A stretch of 64,000 bases of DNA from an uncultured bacterium. Lineage in GTDB: Bacteria; Omnitrophota; Gorgyraeia; Duberdicusellales; CBEUCJ01. How positions within the stretch are numbered: position 1 is the first letter of the stretch; each line of letters begins with the position of its first letter. The stretch is from positions 259,754 to 323,753 of the forward strand of contig CBEUCJ010000001.1 in the NCBI GenBank assembly GCA_965541615.1, written 5' to 3'. The position numbers and the translations under genes are program-made. The notes under the pieces are model-generated. The model saw only the letters and a list, made by a program, of their open reading frames with translations. It was not told where the DNA came from and searched no databases. Positions 30,371-40,496 of the stretch are shown here, one piece after another.

Positions 30371-30956
30371 AAAAAATTTCCTTTTTCTTTTAAGATGGAT
30401 TACATTTCTACTTTTACTCCCCTTTTCTTATTTTTTAAGTCTAAATATACTCAACATATTGAAAAATTCAGAATTTTTCACCTTTATAAAAGGATGCATT
30501 CTTTATGTTTTCCTCTTCATATTTTTCTCTCCAATCCATTTTTTATTCAAGATAAATAAGATTATAAATGAGAGTATCTTTAAATTCTTTTCTCCTCTAA
30601 TGAAGGTTTCTCCTTTCTTATTTCCTTCTTTGCTGCTAATTATGTCAATACTTTTTAAGATACTGATCTTGTTTTTTAAAGAAATTTCAGTCTCCTGGTT
30701 TTTATTTTTGTTAGGATTTTTGTATTCTAATCACCTTTTGATCTCTGTTACAAGTTTTAAAAAAGATAAGCCTTTTATAAATATAGATTATTTATTTAAC
30801 TTTCTTTTTATCTTTATATTTTCCACTTTATTTTTGTTACTCTGTTTAAGGATATGTATTTCAGATTTTACTTTAATTTCTATAATAAATTCTAGTATCT
30901 CTTCTTATTTGAGTTTTTTAAAGATGGTATTTTTTCAGTTGTTTTCTTCTAAATAG
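30351..30956 (+). CDS. Hypothetical multi-pass membrane protein
   Basis: 201-aa Phe/Leu-rich ORF filling the gap; no recognised motif. Confidence 0.55.
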   Translation: MNLVSFKKNFLFLLRWITFLLLLPFSYFLSLNILNILKNSEFFTFIKGCILYVFLFIFFSPIHFLFKINKIINESIFKFFSPLMKVSPFLFPSLLLIMSILFKILILFFKEISVSWFLFLLGFLYSNHLLISVTSFKKDKPFINIDYLFNFLFIFIFSTLFLLLCLRICISDFTLISIINSSISSYLSFLKMVFFQLFSSK

Positions 30957-30996
30957 ATTTGAAAGAGACAGAGGATATGCTATATTTTTATATAAT

Positions 30997-31083
30997 GGAG
31001 GGTTAGCCTAATTGGTAAGGCACGGGTCTTGAAAACCCGCGGGGCTCTAACGCCCCTTGGGGGTTCGAGTCCCCCACCCTCCG
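30997..31083 (+). tRNA. tRNA-Ser (TGA)
   Basis: GGAGGGT/ACCCTCC acceptor, CGGGT-CTTGAAA-ACCCG, long variable arm, G73. Confidence 0.95.
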
Positions 31084-31125
31084 TAATATTTTTTTATTAT
31101 TTTTACTTTACCTTCCTAAAGTAAG

Positions 31126-32253
31126 TTGAGCAAAGATTTAAAATTATATATTCAAACTTATGGTTGTCAGATGAATTTCAGAGACTCAGAAGCTTTAAAA
31201 AATTTATTTTTAAAATATGGGTTTTTAATAACTAATAATTTAGACTCAGCAGATGTTATTTTAATAAATACATGTTCAGTAAGAGCTCATGCTGAGCAGA
31301 GAGCTTTTTCTTTTTTAGGAAAGTTAAAGAGATTAAAAGAAAAAAAGCATAGAGTAATTGGAGTAATAGGGTGCGCAGCTCAGAATTATAAAGAAAGAAT
31401 ATTTAAAAGATTTCCTTTTGTGGATTTAGTAGTAGGTCCTGCAAATTTTTATAAATTACCTTCTTTAATTTTAAATTTAAAAGATAAAGTTTTAGAAGTA
31501 GATTTTGAAAAAGAAATAGATGCTTTGTATGCATTTGATTCTAATAGAGAATTTACTAATCCAGCTTATGTGACTATTTCCAGAGGGTGTTCAAATTATT
31601 GTTCTTATTGTATAGTTCCGTATGTAAGAGGAGAGTTGGTCTGTAGGGATCCTCAAAATATAATCAAAGAGATAAAGGATTTAGTAGAGAGAGGAATAAA
31701 AAATATTACTCTTTTAGGACAGAATGTTAATGATTACAGTTACCAAGGGATAGGATTTTTAGAATTATTGAAAAAGATAACCAAAATCAATGGTTTAGAA
31801 GAAGTGGGGTTTATTACCTCACATCCTAAAAACATCTCAAAAGAACTAATAATTTTTATGGCTCATAATCCTAAAGTTAGAAAACATTTACATTTGCCTT
31901 TGCAATCTGGTTCAGATAGAATCTTAAAGTTGATGGAAAGAGGGTATACTTCTAAAGAATATAGAGAGATAGTAGATTTTTATAGAAAACATATTCCAGA
32001 GGGCAAACTTACCACAGACATAATTGTAGGCTTTCCTACTGAAACTGAAAAAGATTTTGAATTAACACTAAATTTAATAAAAGAAATAAGATTTGATGCA
32101 GCTTACATCTTTAAATATTCACCAAGACCTTATGCTAAAGCAACAAGATTTTTAAAAGATGATGTGCCAATAAAAGAGAAAGAAAGAAGGCATTCTATAC
32201 TTTTAGAACTCCAAAAAAGAATATCTTTAGAGAAAAAATGCTTAAAGTTGTAA
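31126..32253 (+). CDS. miaB: tRNA methylthiotransferase MiaB (apparently lacking TRAM domain)
   Basis: TYGCQMN, NTCSVR, GCAAQ, CSNYCSYC, TSHP, TDIIVGFP; near miaA. Confidence 0.88.
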   Translation: MSKDLKLYIQTYGCQMNFRDSEALKNLFLKYGFLITNNLDSADVILINTCSVRAHAEQRAFSFLGKLKRLKEKKHRVIGVIGCAAQNYKERIFKRFPFVDLVVGPANFYKLPSLILNLKDKVLEVDFEKEIDALYAFDSNREFTNPAYVTISRGCSNYCSYCIVPYVRGELVCRDPQNIIKEIKDLVERGIKNITLLGQNVNDYSYQGIGFLELLKKITKINGLEEVGFITSHPKNISKELIIFMAHNPKVRKHLHLPLQSGSDRILKLMERGYTSKEYREIVDFYRKHIPEGKLTTDIIVGFPTETEKDFELTLNLIKEIRFDAAYIFKYSPRPYAKATRFLKDDVPIKEKERRHSILLELQKRISLEKKCLKL

Positions 32254-32963
32254 TATTCATTTTAATTTTGATTTTAAAAATAAATTATTCTTTTTCTCAG
32301 GATGAGATTCTTTTAAGTTATTTAAATAAAGAGTATGCCAAATGCATAAGTTTATGTAAAGAAAAGTTAAAAGAAGCTGAAAAAGATTTCTACTATTATA
32401 TGTTAGGATTGAGTTATCTACAAACAGGATTTTTAGAAGAAGCTCAAAATGTATTCAGAAAACTTTTAAAAAAATTTCCAGAATCTATCTTTAAAGAGGA
32501 AGCTATTTTAGGGATAGGAGATGCGTATCTTTATAAGGAGGAATTTACTAAAGCCCTGAAAATTTATAAAAAATTGTTGAGATTTAAAAAAGATTATGCA
32601 CCTTTACATTTAAGAATAGCCAAAACTCTACTAAAATTAGGAGATTGGCAGAAAGCTCACGAGCATTTAGTTTATATAATATCAGAATTTCCAGATACCT
32701 ATTTTGCTAAAGTAGCAAAAGAATTAATAGAAGATGGTCTTTATTTTAAAGTACAAGTAGGCGCTTTCAAATATAAAGAAAATGCTTTGAATTTATGCAA
32801 AGAGTTGAGAAAGAAGGGGTTTAAACCTTATATCGTAAAGAAAATTACTCCTCAAGGAGTTATCTACAGAGTGAGGATAGGAAAAGAAAAAGAAAGAAAA
32901 ATAGCAGAAAAATTAAAATCTCAACTTTTAGATCTTGGTTTTCCTGCCACTATTTATCCATGA
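32238..32963 (+). CDS. Exported TPR + SPOR domain protein
   Basis: Signal peptide, TPRs, C-terminal VQVGAF..ENA...YRVRIG. Confidence 0.82.
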   Translation: MLKVVIFILILILKINYSFSQDEILLSYLNKEYAKCISLCKEKLKEAEKDFYYYMLGLSYLQTGFLEEAQNVFRKLLKKFPESIFKEEAILGIGDAYLYKEEFTKALKIYKKLLRFKKDYAPLHLRIAKTLLKLGDWQKAHEHLVYIISEFPDTYFAKVAKELIEDGLYFKVQVGAFKYKENALNLCKELRKKGFKPYIVKKITPQGVIYRVRIGKEKERKIAEKLKSQLLDLGFPATIYP

Positions 32964-33877
32964 AATATCAGGTAATTTTTTTAGTAGGTCCTACAGCTAT
33001 TGGAAAGACTCAAGTTAGTTTTTATTTAGCTCAAAAAATAAATGCAGAGATCATTTCTTGTGATTCTATGCAAGTCTATAAAGAGATAAATATATTGAAT
33101 GCAAAACCTCCTTTAGAGTATATTGAGAAAATTCCTCACCATTTAATAGGAATAGTCTCTGTAAGAGAAGAGTTTAATGTAGCTAAGTTCTACAAATTAG
33201 CTTGCGGAAAGATCGAGGATATATTAAAGAGAGGAAAGATTCCATTATGTGTTGGCGGTTCAGGTTTGTATATAGATATTTTGCTCCATGGAATATTTCC
33301 TTTTCCAGATAAAGATCAAAATTTAAGAAAGATGCTTTTTGAGAGAGCTTTAAGAGAAGGAAGAGAAAGTCTGCATGAAGAATTAAAAAGAGTGGATCCT
33401 CTTTCAGCTCAAAAAATTCATCCTAACGATTTAAAAAGAATAATAAGAGCATTAGAGGTTTACATTTTAACAGGGAGTCCTTTAAGTGAGATTAAATCTC
33501 AGAGAAAAGGTCTATTAAATTTTTATAAGATAAGAATGTTTGGTTTAATAACTAATAGAGAAAAAATTTACAATAGGATAGAAGAGAGAGTAGAAGAGAT
33601 GTTTGAAAAAGGAGCTATAGAAGAAGCAGAAAGAGTTTTTAAAATAGGTCCAAGTAGTACTTGTATGCAGCTAATAGGTTTAAAAGAGATAAAAGAGTAT
33701 TTAGATAAAAAGATTACTCTAGAAGAAGCCAAAATTTTAGTGAAAAAAAATACAAAAAAGTTTGCTAAAAGACAGCTTACTTGGTTTAAGAAAGAAAAAA
33801 GAATTTCTTGGATAAGAATAGATAATATGAAGCCAGAAGAGATAGCTGAAGTTATTTTCAAAAAATTAAAAAGATGA
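32960..33877 (+). CDS. miaA: tRNA dimethylallyltransferase
   Basis: GPTAIGKT, DSMQVY, GGSGLY, RIIRALEV, AKRQLTWF. Confidence 0.96.
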   Translation: MKYQVIFLVGPTAIGKTQVSFYLAQKINAEIISCDSMQVYKEINILNAKPPLEYIEKIPHHLIGIVSVREEFNVAKFYKLACGKIEDILKRGKIPLCVGGSGLYIDILLHGIFPFPDKDQNLRKMLFERALREGRESLHEELKRVDPLSAQKIHPNDLKRIIRALEVYILTGSPLSEIKSQRKGLLNFYKIRMFGLITNREKIYNRIEERVEEMFEKGAIEEAERVFKIGPSSTCMQLIGLKEIKEYLDKKITLEEAKILVKKNTKKFAKRQLTWFKKEKRISWIRIDNMKPEEIAEVIFKKLKR

Positions 33878-35163
33878 AAAAAGGATTTCTAGAATATGAG
33901 GAAAAAAAAGAAAGAGCTTTATTAGTAACTGTAAGATTAAAGAATACGTTTTCAAAAATACCCTTAGATGAAGAAGTAAAAGAGTTTGAAGAATTAGTAA
34001 GATCGAGTGGATGTGAGGTTGTACAATCTATTGTCTGCAAAAGAGAAGCTATAGATCCAAAACTTTATATAGGCAAAGGAAAAGCTACTCAACTTGCAGA
34101 GATCTGTGAGGAGAAAGATATAGATGTGGTAATTTTTAATAATGATCTTTCTTTTTCTCAGCAGATAAATTTAGAAGAAATTATAGGAAGAAAGACCATA
34201 GATAGGACTCAATTAATTTTAGATATCTTTGCTCAACATGCAAAAACCCAAGAAGGAAAACTCCAGGTAGAACTAGCTCAATTAGAGTATCTTTTACCAA
34301 GATTGAAAGGAAAAGGAATCTTACTTTCAAGATTAGGAGGAGGTATAGGAACAAGAGGACCTGGTGAGAAAAAATTAGAGATAGATAGGAGAAGAATAGA
34401 AGATAGGATTCAAAAATTAAAATATGAGATTCAGAATGTAAGGAATAGAAGAAGGATCTTAAGGATAAAGAGAAGAAAAGAAAACATACCTTTAGTCTCT
34501 CTTGTAGGTTACACAAATGCAGGAAAGTCTACACTTTTAAACTCTCTGACAGGAGCTTCTCAAAAGACCGATAGCAGTATGTTTACGACCTTAGATCCTC
34601 TTTCAAAAAGATTGGTTTTACCTAACAATCAGAAAATAATATTGACAGATACAGTAGGATTTATCAAAGATTTACCAAAACATTTAATAGAAGCTTTTAT
34701 GGCTACTTTGGAAGAGATAGGAGAAGCTGATTTAATTTTACATGTTTTAGATATTTCAGCACCAAATGTAGAAGAAAAATACTTTTCAGTTCAATCTGTG
34801 CTTAAAAAGTTAAATTTTGATAAAAAACCTCAGATAGTATGTTTGAATAAGATAGATCTTTTGGAAGATCCTTTAAAAGTTAAGATGATTGAGAAGAAAT
34901 TTCAAGATCCAGTCTTAATTAGTGCTCTTAAAAGAATTAATTTGGATAAATTATTAAAAAAAATAGAAGAGTTTTTTGAGGAAAAGAGAGGCTTTTATAA
35001 AGTATTTATTCCTCATAAGTCTAATAATCTTTTAAATGAATTTTATGAAAAAGCAAATGTTAAGAAAGTAGAATATACTTATGAAGGGATAGTTTGTGAG
35101 TTAGAAGCAGATAAAATTTTTATGAATAAAATTCTTAAAAAAAATGAAATAAAATTGTTATAA
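33874..35163 (+). CDS. hflX: GTPase HflX
   Basis: DRTQLILDIFA, RGPGEKKLE, GYTNAGKS, DTVGFI. Confidence 0.96.
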   Translation: MKKGFLEYEEKKERALLVTVRLKNTFSKIPLDEEVKEFEELVRSSGCEVVQSIVCKREAIDPKLYIGKGKATQLAEICEEKDIDVVIFNNDLSFSQQINLEEIIGRKTIDRTQLILDIFAQHAKTQEGKLQVELAQLEYLLPRLKGKGILLSRLGGGIGTRGPGEKKLEIDRRRIEDRIQKLKYEIQNVRNRRRILRIKRRKENIPLVSLVGYTNAGKSTLLNSLTGASQKTDSSMFTTLDPLSKRLVLPNNQKIILTDTVGFIKDLPKHLIEAFMATLEEIGEADLILHVLDISAPNVEEKYFSVQSVLKKLNFDKKPQIVCLNKIDLLEDPLKVKMIEKKFQDPVLISALKRINLDKLLKKIEEFFEEKRGFYKVFIPHKSNNLLNEFYEKANVKKVEYTYEGIVCELEADKIFMNKILKKNEIKLL

Positions 35164-35190
35164 ATTTTAAAATTTTTTTTAAAAAAAATC

Positions 35191-35219
35191 TTGACAAATT
35201 TTTAAAAATATGATAATTT
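35191..35219 (+). promoter_or_regulatory. Sigma70-type promoter of heat-shock operon 1
   Basis: TTGACA-N17-TAATTT with extended -10 TG. Confidence 0.65.
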
Positions 35220-35232
35220 TTTTATCGAAAAA

Positions 35233-35514
35233 ATGAAAAAATTTGTTAAAAAAATTGAAGAATTTGAAGTTAAAATTTCTCCTACTGAGTGTGTATATGA
35301 ACTCAATGTAGTCTCTAAAATGGTAGGCATAGCTCCTTGGAAGATAAGGGCTTTGGTAAAAGAAGGAATAGTAAGACCAAAGATTATAGGGAAGAAGAAA
35401 AAGTTATTTTCTTTAAAAGATATTAAAAAATTAGAATATATAAAGTACCTAATGGATGAAGAAGGAGTAAACATTAAAGGGATAAAGATTATTTTAGAGA
35501 TGAAAAAGATTTAA
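35233..35514 (+). CDS. MerR-family HTH regulator, HspR-like
   Basis: Y.LNVVSKMVGI...LVKEGIVRP...FS..DI..L..I..L..E.GVNI.GI..IL; heads chaperone operon. Confidence 0.75.
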   Translation: MKKFVKKIEEFEVKISPTECVYELNVVSKMVGIAPWKIRALVKEGIVRPKIIGKKKKLFSLKDIKKLEYIKYLMDEEGVNIKGIKIILEMKKI

Positions 35515-35532
35515 TTTTTTTATAAATTATAT

Positions 35533-35559
35533 TTAGCACTCTGAGATAAAGAGTGCTAA
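35533..35559 (+). promoter_or_regulatory. CIRCE operator (HrcA site) upstream of hsp20
   Basis: Perfect TTAGCACTC-N9-GAGTGCTAA. Confidence 0.97.
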
Positions 35560-36081
35560 GCCCAAAACAAATTTTAAAAAGGAGGTGAGAGTATGGCATT
35601 GATGAGATGGAGAGAACAAGATATTTTTAAAGAGTTAGCTGATCTCCAAGAAGAAATGAACAGAGTCTTTAATTCTTTATTTAAATGGCCTATGAGAAAA
35701 GAAGCAAAATGGGCTCCATTTGTAGATATTTATGAGGATAAAGACAATCTTTATGTAGAAGCTGAAATTCCAGGAGTAGATTCTAAAGATATTCAATTAT
35801 TTTTAGAAGGAGATACTCTCACTATAAAAGGCAAGAAAGAAGAAAAAAGAGAAGTAAAAGAAGAAAATTTTCATAGAATTGAACGTTTTCAAGGGGAGTT
35901 TCAAAGAAAAATAGTCTTACCTTGTGAGGTAGATCCAAACAAAATCAAAGCTTCTTATAAGAAAGGTGTATTAAAAGTAGTTTTACCTAAAAAAGAGGAG
36001 GCTAAAGGTAAAGAGATAAAGATTGAAATAGAGGAATAAAAATTTTTGTATTATGAAATGGGCTTAGCACTCTTTATCTCA
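35542..36081. repeat. Perfect 23-bp inverted repeat pair flanking hsp20 (35542-35564 / 36059-36081)
   Basis: TGAGATAAAGAGTGCTAAGCCCA and its exact reverse complement TGGGCTTAGCACTCTTTATCTCA. Confidence 0.95.
35593..36039 (+). CDS. Small heat shock protein (Hsp20/alpha-crystallin)
   Basis: P.VDIYE, EIPGV, ER..G.F.R, ASYKKGVL.V.LPK, C-terminal IEI. Confidence 0.95.
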   Translation: MALMRWREQDIFKELADLQEEMNRVFNSLFKWPMRKEAKWAPFVDIYEDKDNLYVEAEIPGVDSKDIQLFLEGDTLTIKGKKEEKREVKEENFHRIERFQGEFQRKIVLPCEVDPNKIKASYKKGVLKVVLPKKEEAKGKEIKIEIEE

Positions 36082-36098
36082 ATAAAAGTTTTAGAAAA

Positions 36099-36779
36099 AT
36101 GATCCCTTTAAGAGATAACATTTTACACAAAAGAATGCCCATTATAAGTGTAGGTTTAATAATTCTAAATTTTATGGTCTTTATATACGAAAAAATGCAA
36201 GTAGATTATTTGAGAGAATTTTTATTTAAATGGGGTTTGGTTCCTTTAAAAATCTTAAGTTCAGATTTTACTCTTTTTGAGAAAATAATTCCTTTCATTA
36301 CTTCTATCTTTCTGCATGGTAGTTGGTTCCATTTGATAAGTAATTGTTGGTTCATATGGATATTCGCAGATAATGTAGAAGATAGATTAGGGCATTTCAA
36401 TTTTTTAATGTTTTTCATTTTATGTGGTATTGGAGCAAATATTTCACATTTAATAATGAATTTAAATTCACCTTTACCAGCTGTTGGAGCTTCTGGAGCT
36501 ATTTCTGGAGTTTTAGGAGCTTACTTTATTCTTTTCCCTTTTTCTAGGATCCTCACTCTTATTCCCTTTTTTATATTTTGGGAGATAGTAGAGATTCCTG
36601 CTTTTATATATTTAGGAATGTGGTTTTTACTTCAGTTTTTAAATGGTATAGCTTTTAGCCATCAAACTATGTTTTATGGAGGAGTAGCTTGGTGGGCTCA
36701 TATTGGAGGATTTTTAACAGGTATTTTTCTGTTGAATTTCTTCTTAAAAAGTAACAAGAAAAGGAGGCAGAGGTTATGA
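36099..36779 (+). CDS. Rhomboid-family intramembrane serine protease
   Basis: FLHGSWFHL..N, GASGAISG, VAWWAHIGGF. Confidence 0.93.
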   Translation: MIPLRDNILHKRMPIISVGLIILNFMVFIYEKMQVDYLREFLFKWGLVPLKILSSDFTLFEKIIPFITSIFLHGSWFHLISNCWFIWIFADNVEDRLGHFNFLMFFILCGIGANISHLIMNLNSPLPAVGASGAISGVLGAYFILFPFSRILTLIPFFIFWEIVEIPAFIYLGMWFLLQFLNGIAFSHQTMFYGGVAWWAHIGGFLTGIFLLNFFLKSNKKRRQRL

Positions 36780-39373
36780 AGTTCGATAGATTTACTTTAA
36801 AAGCTCAAAATGTAATAGAAGAAGCTGTGAATTTGTGCCAAGAAAAAAAACATACGCTTTTAGAGCCTGAACACATAGCTTTGGCATTGATTTCAGATAG
36901 AGAAGGAATAGTTAAAAGTATACTAGAAAACTTAGGAGTAAACATAGAGAGTTTAAAAGAAGTGCTTTTTAACCATATTTCTACATTTCCTCAAGTAAAA
37001 GGATTTGTTCAACCTCAGATTTCAACAGAAACTATTAAAGTTTTAAATGAAGCTGATAAGATCTCTAAAGCTTGGGGAGATGAATTTATTTCTACTGAAC
37101 ATATACTTTTAGCTCTAACAGAAAGCATCAACAAATTTTCAGAATATTTGAGAAAACAGGGGATTTCTAAACAAGATCTTGAAAATAAAATAAATTATTT
37201 CAGAAGAGGTCAAAAAATAACTTCTGAAAGTGCTGAAGAGACTTTCAGAGCTTTAGAAAAGTTTGGAAGAGATTTGACTAAGTTAGCAGAATCTGGAAAA
37301 TTAGATCCAGTTATTGGAAGAGATGAAGAGATAAGAAGAGTAATCCAAGTTTTATCCAGAAGGACTAAAAATAATCCTGTTTTAATAGGTGAACCAGGCG
37401 TAGGTAAAACTGCAATCGTAGAAGGTTTAGCTCAAAGGATAGCTAAAGGTGACGTTCCTCAAAGTTTAAAAGATAAAAGAATAATAGCTTTAGATTTAGG
37501 AGCTTTGGTAGCAGGTACAAAGTATAGAGGACAGTTCGAAGAAAGATTAAAAGCTCTCTTAAAAGAAATAGAGACTCAACAAAATATAGTTCTTTTTATA
37601 GATGAATTGCATACTTTGGTAGGTGCAGGAGCTGCAGAAGGAGCAATAGATGCAGCTAATTTATTAAAACCAGCTTTAGCAAGGGGTTTATTGAGATGTA
37701 TAGGAGCTACTACTATAGATGAGTATAGAAAACATATTGAAAAAGATGCTGCTTTAGAGAGAAGATTTCAACCAGTATTAGTAAATGAACCTACACTTGA
37801 AGAGACCATAGCAATTTTAAGAGGTTTAAAAGAAAAATATGAACTCCATCACGGAGTAAGAATAAAAGATTCAGCATTGATTTATGCAGCAGAGTTATCT
37901 CATAAATATATTACAGACAGATTTTTGCCTGATAAAGCCATAGACTTAATAGATGAAGCAGCTGCTTTATTAAGGATGGAGATAGACAGTCAGCCCACAG
38001 AGATAGATGAGATAAAGAGAAAGATTCTTCAATTAGAGATTGAAAGAGAAGCTTTAAAAAAAGAGACAGACCCTGATTCAAAAGAAAGATTTGCCAAACT
38101 CACCCAAACTATTGAAGAATTAAAAAAAGAATATGAAGATCTAAAAAAACATTGGGAGAAAGAAAAGCAGATAATAACTCAGATAAGAGATATAAAACAA
38201 AAGATTGAAGACCTAAAACTTAAAGCCCAAAAACATGAACTTCAAGGAGATTTAGAGAAAGTCGCTCAAATTAGATATGGAGAGATCCCTGAATTAGAGA
38301 AAAGATTAGAAGAGTTGAATAAAGAATTAAAAGAATTACAAACAGATAAAAAGATGTTAAAAGAGGAAGTAGATGAAGAGGACATTGCCAACATAGTCTC
38401 TAAATGGACAGGTATTCCTGTCCACAGACTTTTAGAGTCTGAAAAAGAAAAATTGCTTTTTATGGAAGATAGATTGAAACAAAGAGTAGTCGGTCAAGAT
38501 AAAGCTGTAAAATTGATTTCAGATTGTATAAGGAGAGCAAGAACAGGTTTAGCTGATCCTAACAGACCTTTAGGTAGTTTCATTTTCTTAGGCCCAACAG
38601 GTGTGGGTAAGACTGAGTTAGCTAAGACTTTGGCTTGGTTTTTGTTTAATGATGAAAATGCTTTAATAAGGATAGATATGACAGAATTTATGGAAAAACA
38701 TGCAGTCTCCAGATTAATAGGCGCACCTCCAGGATATGTAGGATATGAAGAGGGAGGACAACTAACAGAAGCTGTAAGAAGAAGACCTTATAGTGTGGTT
38801 TTGTTTGATGAGATAGAAAAAGCTCATTCAGATGTATTTAATATACTACTCCAGATATTAGATGAAGGAAGACTTACAGATTCTAAAGGAAGGCTTATCA
38901 ATTTTAAAAATACTGTGTTGATAATGACTTCTAATATAGGGAGTGAATGGTTTTTAGAATCTGACAGACTGCCTAAAGAAGCTATAGAAGAGAGAATTAA
39001 AGAGACTTTAAGAAGATATTTTCGACCTGAATTTTTAAATAGAATAGATGAGATAATTATATTTAATAGATTGACTATTTCAGACATTGAAAAGATCGTA
39101 GATATTCAGTTATCTTATATTAAAGAAAGATTAAAGAAAAAAAAGATGGATATAGAATTGACTCCTAAGGCAAAAAAGTTTTTAGCTCAAAGAGGATTTT
39201 CAGCTGAATTTGGAGCAAGACCCTTAAAAAGAGCTTTACAAAAATATCTGTTAGATAAGATGAGTAAAAAAATCTTAGAAGGCAAAATAAAAGAAGGTGA
39301 CAAAGTGTTAGTAGATGTAGATGAAGAAAAAGAAGAGTTAGTTTTTGAAAGGAGGCAAGATTATGAAGGCTGA
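36776..39373 (+). CDS. clpB: Chaperone/disaggregase ClpB
   Basis: Two AAA+ domains ([16 protein letters not shown]), long coiled-coil M domain. Confidence 0.96.
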   Translation: MKFDRFTLKAQNVIEEAVNLCQEKKHTLLEPEHIALALISDREGIVKSILENLGVNIESLKEVLFNHISTFPQVKGFVQPQISTETIKVLNEADKISKAWGDEFISTEHILLALTESINKFSEYLRKQGISKQDLENKINYFRRGQKITSESAEETFRALEKFGRDLTKLAESGKLDPVIGRDEEIRRVIQVLSRRTKNNPVLIGEPGVGKTAIVEGLAQRIAKGDVPQSLKDKRIIALDLGALVAGTKYRGQFEERLKALLKEIETQQNIVLFIDELHTLVGAGAAEGAIDAANLLKPALARGLLRCIGATTIDEYRKHIEKDAALERRFQPVLVNEPTLEETIAILRGLKEKYELHHGVRIKDSALIYAAELSHKYITDRFLPDKAIDLIDEAAALLRMEIDSQPTEIDEIKRKILQLEIEREALKKETDPDSKERFAKLTQTIEELKKEYEDLKKHWEKEKQIITQIRDIKQKIEDLKLKAQKHELQGDLEKVAQIRYGEIPELEKRLEELNKELKELQTDKKMLKEEVDEEDIANIVSKWTGIPVHRLLESEKEKLLFMEDRLKQRVVGQDKAVKLISDCIRRARTGLADPNRPLGSFIFLGPTGVGKTELAKTLAWFLFNDENALIRIDMTEFMEKHAVSRLIGAPPGYVGYEEGGQLTEAVRRRPYSVVLFDEIEKAHSDVFNILLQILDEGRLTDSKGRLINFKNTVLIMTSNIGSEWFLESDRLPKEAIEERIKETLRRYFRPEFLNRIDEIIIFNRLTISDIEKIVDIQLSYIKERLKKKKMDIELTPKAKKFLAQRGFSAEFGARPLKRALQKYLLDKMSKKILEGKIKEGDKVLVDVDEEKEELVFERRQDYEG

Positions 39374-39683
39374 TCTTTTAGTAAAGAATTTTCCAAAAAC
39401 ACAGATTTTAGAAGAGTATTTTTTAAAAGAGACAGAAAAACTCTTTAGAAGATTTAAAAATCTGAATTTAGATTCTTTAAGTTTAAGATGTGAAATAGAA
39501 AAAAATCCTCATAGAGAAGAGTATTTTTCAAAGATAAATTTACATGTGCCAAAAAGGACAATAACTTCTCAAGAAAGAGCAAAGACAGCTTTGTCTTCTT
39601 TAAAGAAAAGTTTTAAGATCTTAAAAGAACAATTAGATAAAACTTTTAAAAAAAGAAACTTTTGCAAAAAGAGAGGTTCTTGA
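39363..39683 (+). CDS. HPF/RaiA-family ribosome-associated protein (short form)
   Basis: Length and beta/alpha pattern typical of HPF; RBS AGGAGG before ATG 39363. Confidence 0.6.
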   Translation: MKADLLVKNFPKTQILEEYFLKETEKLFRRFKNLNLDSLSLRCEIEKNPHREEYFSKINLHVPKRTITSQERAKTALSSLKKSFKILKEQLDKTFKKRNFCKKRGS

Positions 39684-39707
39684 CACTTTGAAGAGCTTTA
39701 TTAAAAT
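39680..39707 (+). promoter_or_regulatory. Promoter of hrcA-grpE-dnaK-dnaJ
   Basis: TTGACA-N16-TAAAAT immediately before CIRCE. Confidence 0.75.
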
Positions 39708-39710
39708 AAA

Positions 39711-39737
39711 TTAGCACTCTTATATAAAGAGTGCTAA
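39711..39737 (+). promoter_or_regulatory. CIRCE operator upstream of hrcA
   Basis: Perfect TTAGCACTC-TTATATAAA-GAGTGCTAA. Confidence 0.97.
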
Positions 39738-39752
39738 GAAAGGGGTGAGGAG

Positions 39753-40496
39753 ATGACCAGAATTCAAGACAAAGAAAAAAGAAAAGAAAAAGTTTTGTAT
39801 CTTATAGTTAAATCTTTTATTAAAAATTGTATTCCTATAAGTAGTGAATTCTTATGTGAAAATTTTGATTTGAAATGTTCACCAGCTACAGTCAGAAATG
39901 ATATGGCTGAATTAGAAGAAGAAGGTTTTTTATATCAACCTCATACTTCAGCAGGTCGTATTCCAACAGAAAAAGCTTATAGGTATTTTGTAGATTTCTT
40001 TTTAGAAAAAAAAGAGTTAGATATTAAAGAAAAAAATAAAATTTTAGAGGTATTAAACTCTGAGTATGATTTGGAAACTCTCTTACGTAAAACAAGCCAG
40101 ATTTTAGCTGATCTTACAGAAGAGTTAAGCATGGTCTCTTTCATAGGAGAAAGAGGTAAGTTATTTACCCATGGAATGAAGTATATAATAAAAGAACCTG
40201 AATTTAGAGACCTGCAACGATTAGGTACACTTTTAGAACTCTTAGAAGATGAAGATTTTATATTTGAGATTTTAAATAGAGATTTAGAGTCTCAAACGAA
40301 AGTATTTATAGGTTCAGATTTAGGAGTTGAAGAATTTAAAGAATTTTCATTTGTTTTAAAATCTTTCAGATTTGAAGATGGACCTAAAGGAAGATTAGCT
40401 GTAATAGGCCCTTTAAGAATGGATTATGAAAGAATTTTGGCTAGTTTAGATTTTATAAGTTCATGTTTAAATAAAATTTTAAGGAGGCTTGTATGA
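39753..40496 (+). CDS. hrcA: Heat-inducible transcription repressor HrcA (short form)
   Basis: SPATVRNDMAELE, QPHTSAGRIPT..AYRYFVD, VIGPLRMDY. Confidence 0.93.
   Translation: MTRIQDKEKRKEKVLYLIVKSFIKNCIPISSEFLCENFDLKCSPATVRNDMAELEEEGFLYQPHTSAGRIPTEKAYRYFVDFFLEKKELDIKEKNKILEVLNSEYDLETLLRKTSQILADLTEELSMVSFIGERGKLFTHGMKYIIKEPEFRDLQRLGTLLELLEDEDFIFEILNRDLESQTKVFIGSDLGVEEFKEFSFVLKSFRFEDGPKGRLAVIGPLRMDYERILASLDFISSCLNKILRRLV

Noticed and set aside
30997-31083. Possible selenocysteine/suppressor tRNA (TGA in the loop)
   Set aside because: Anticodon TGA reads UCA (Ser); tRNA-Sec would have TCA; normal 7-bp acceptor stem
36064-36090. Third full CIRCE upstream of the rhomboid gene
   Set aside because: Only the left arm TTAGCACTC is present, with no GAGTGCTAA after 9 nt; better explained as the arm of the 23-bp inverted repeat
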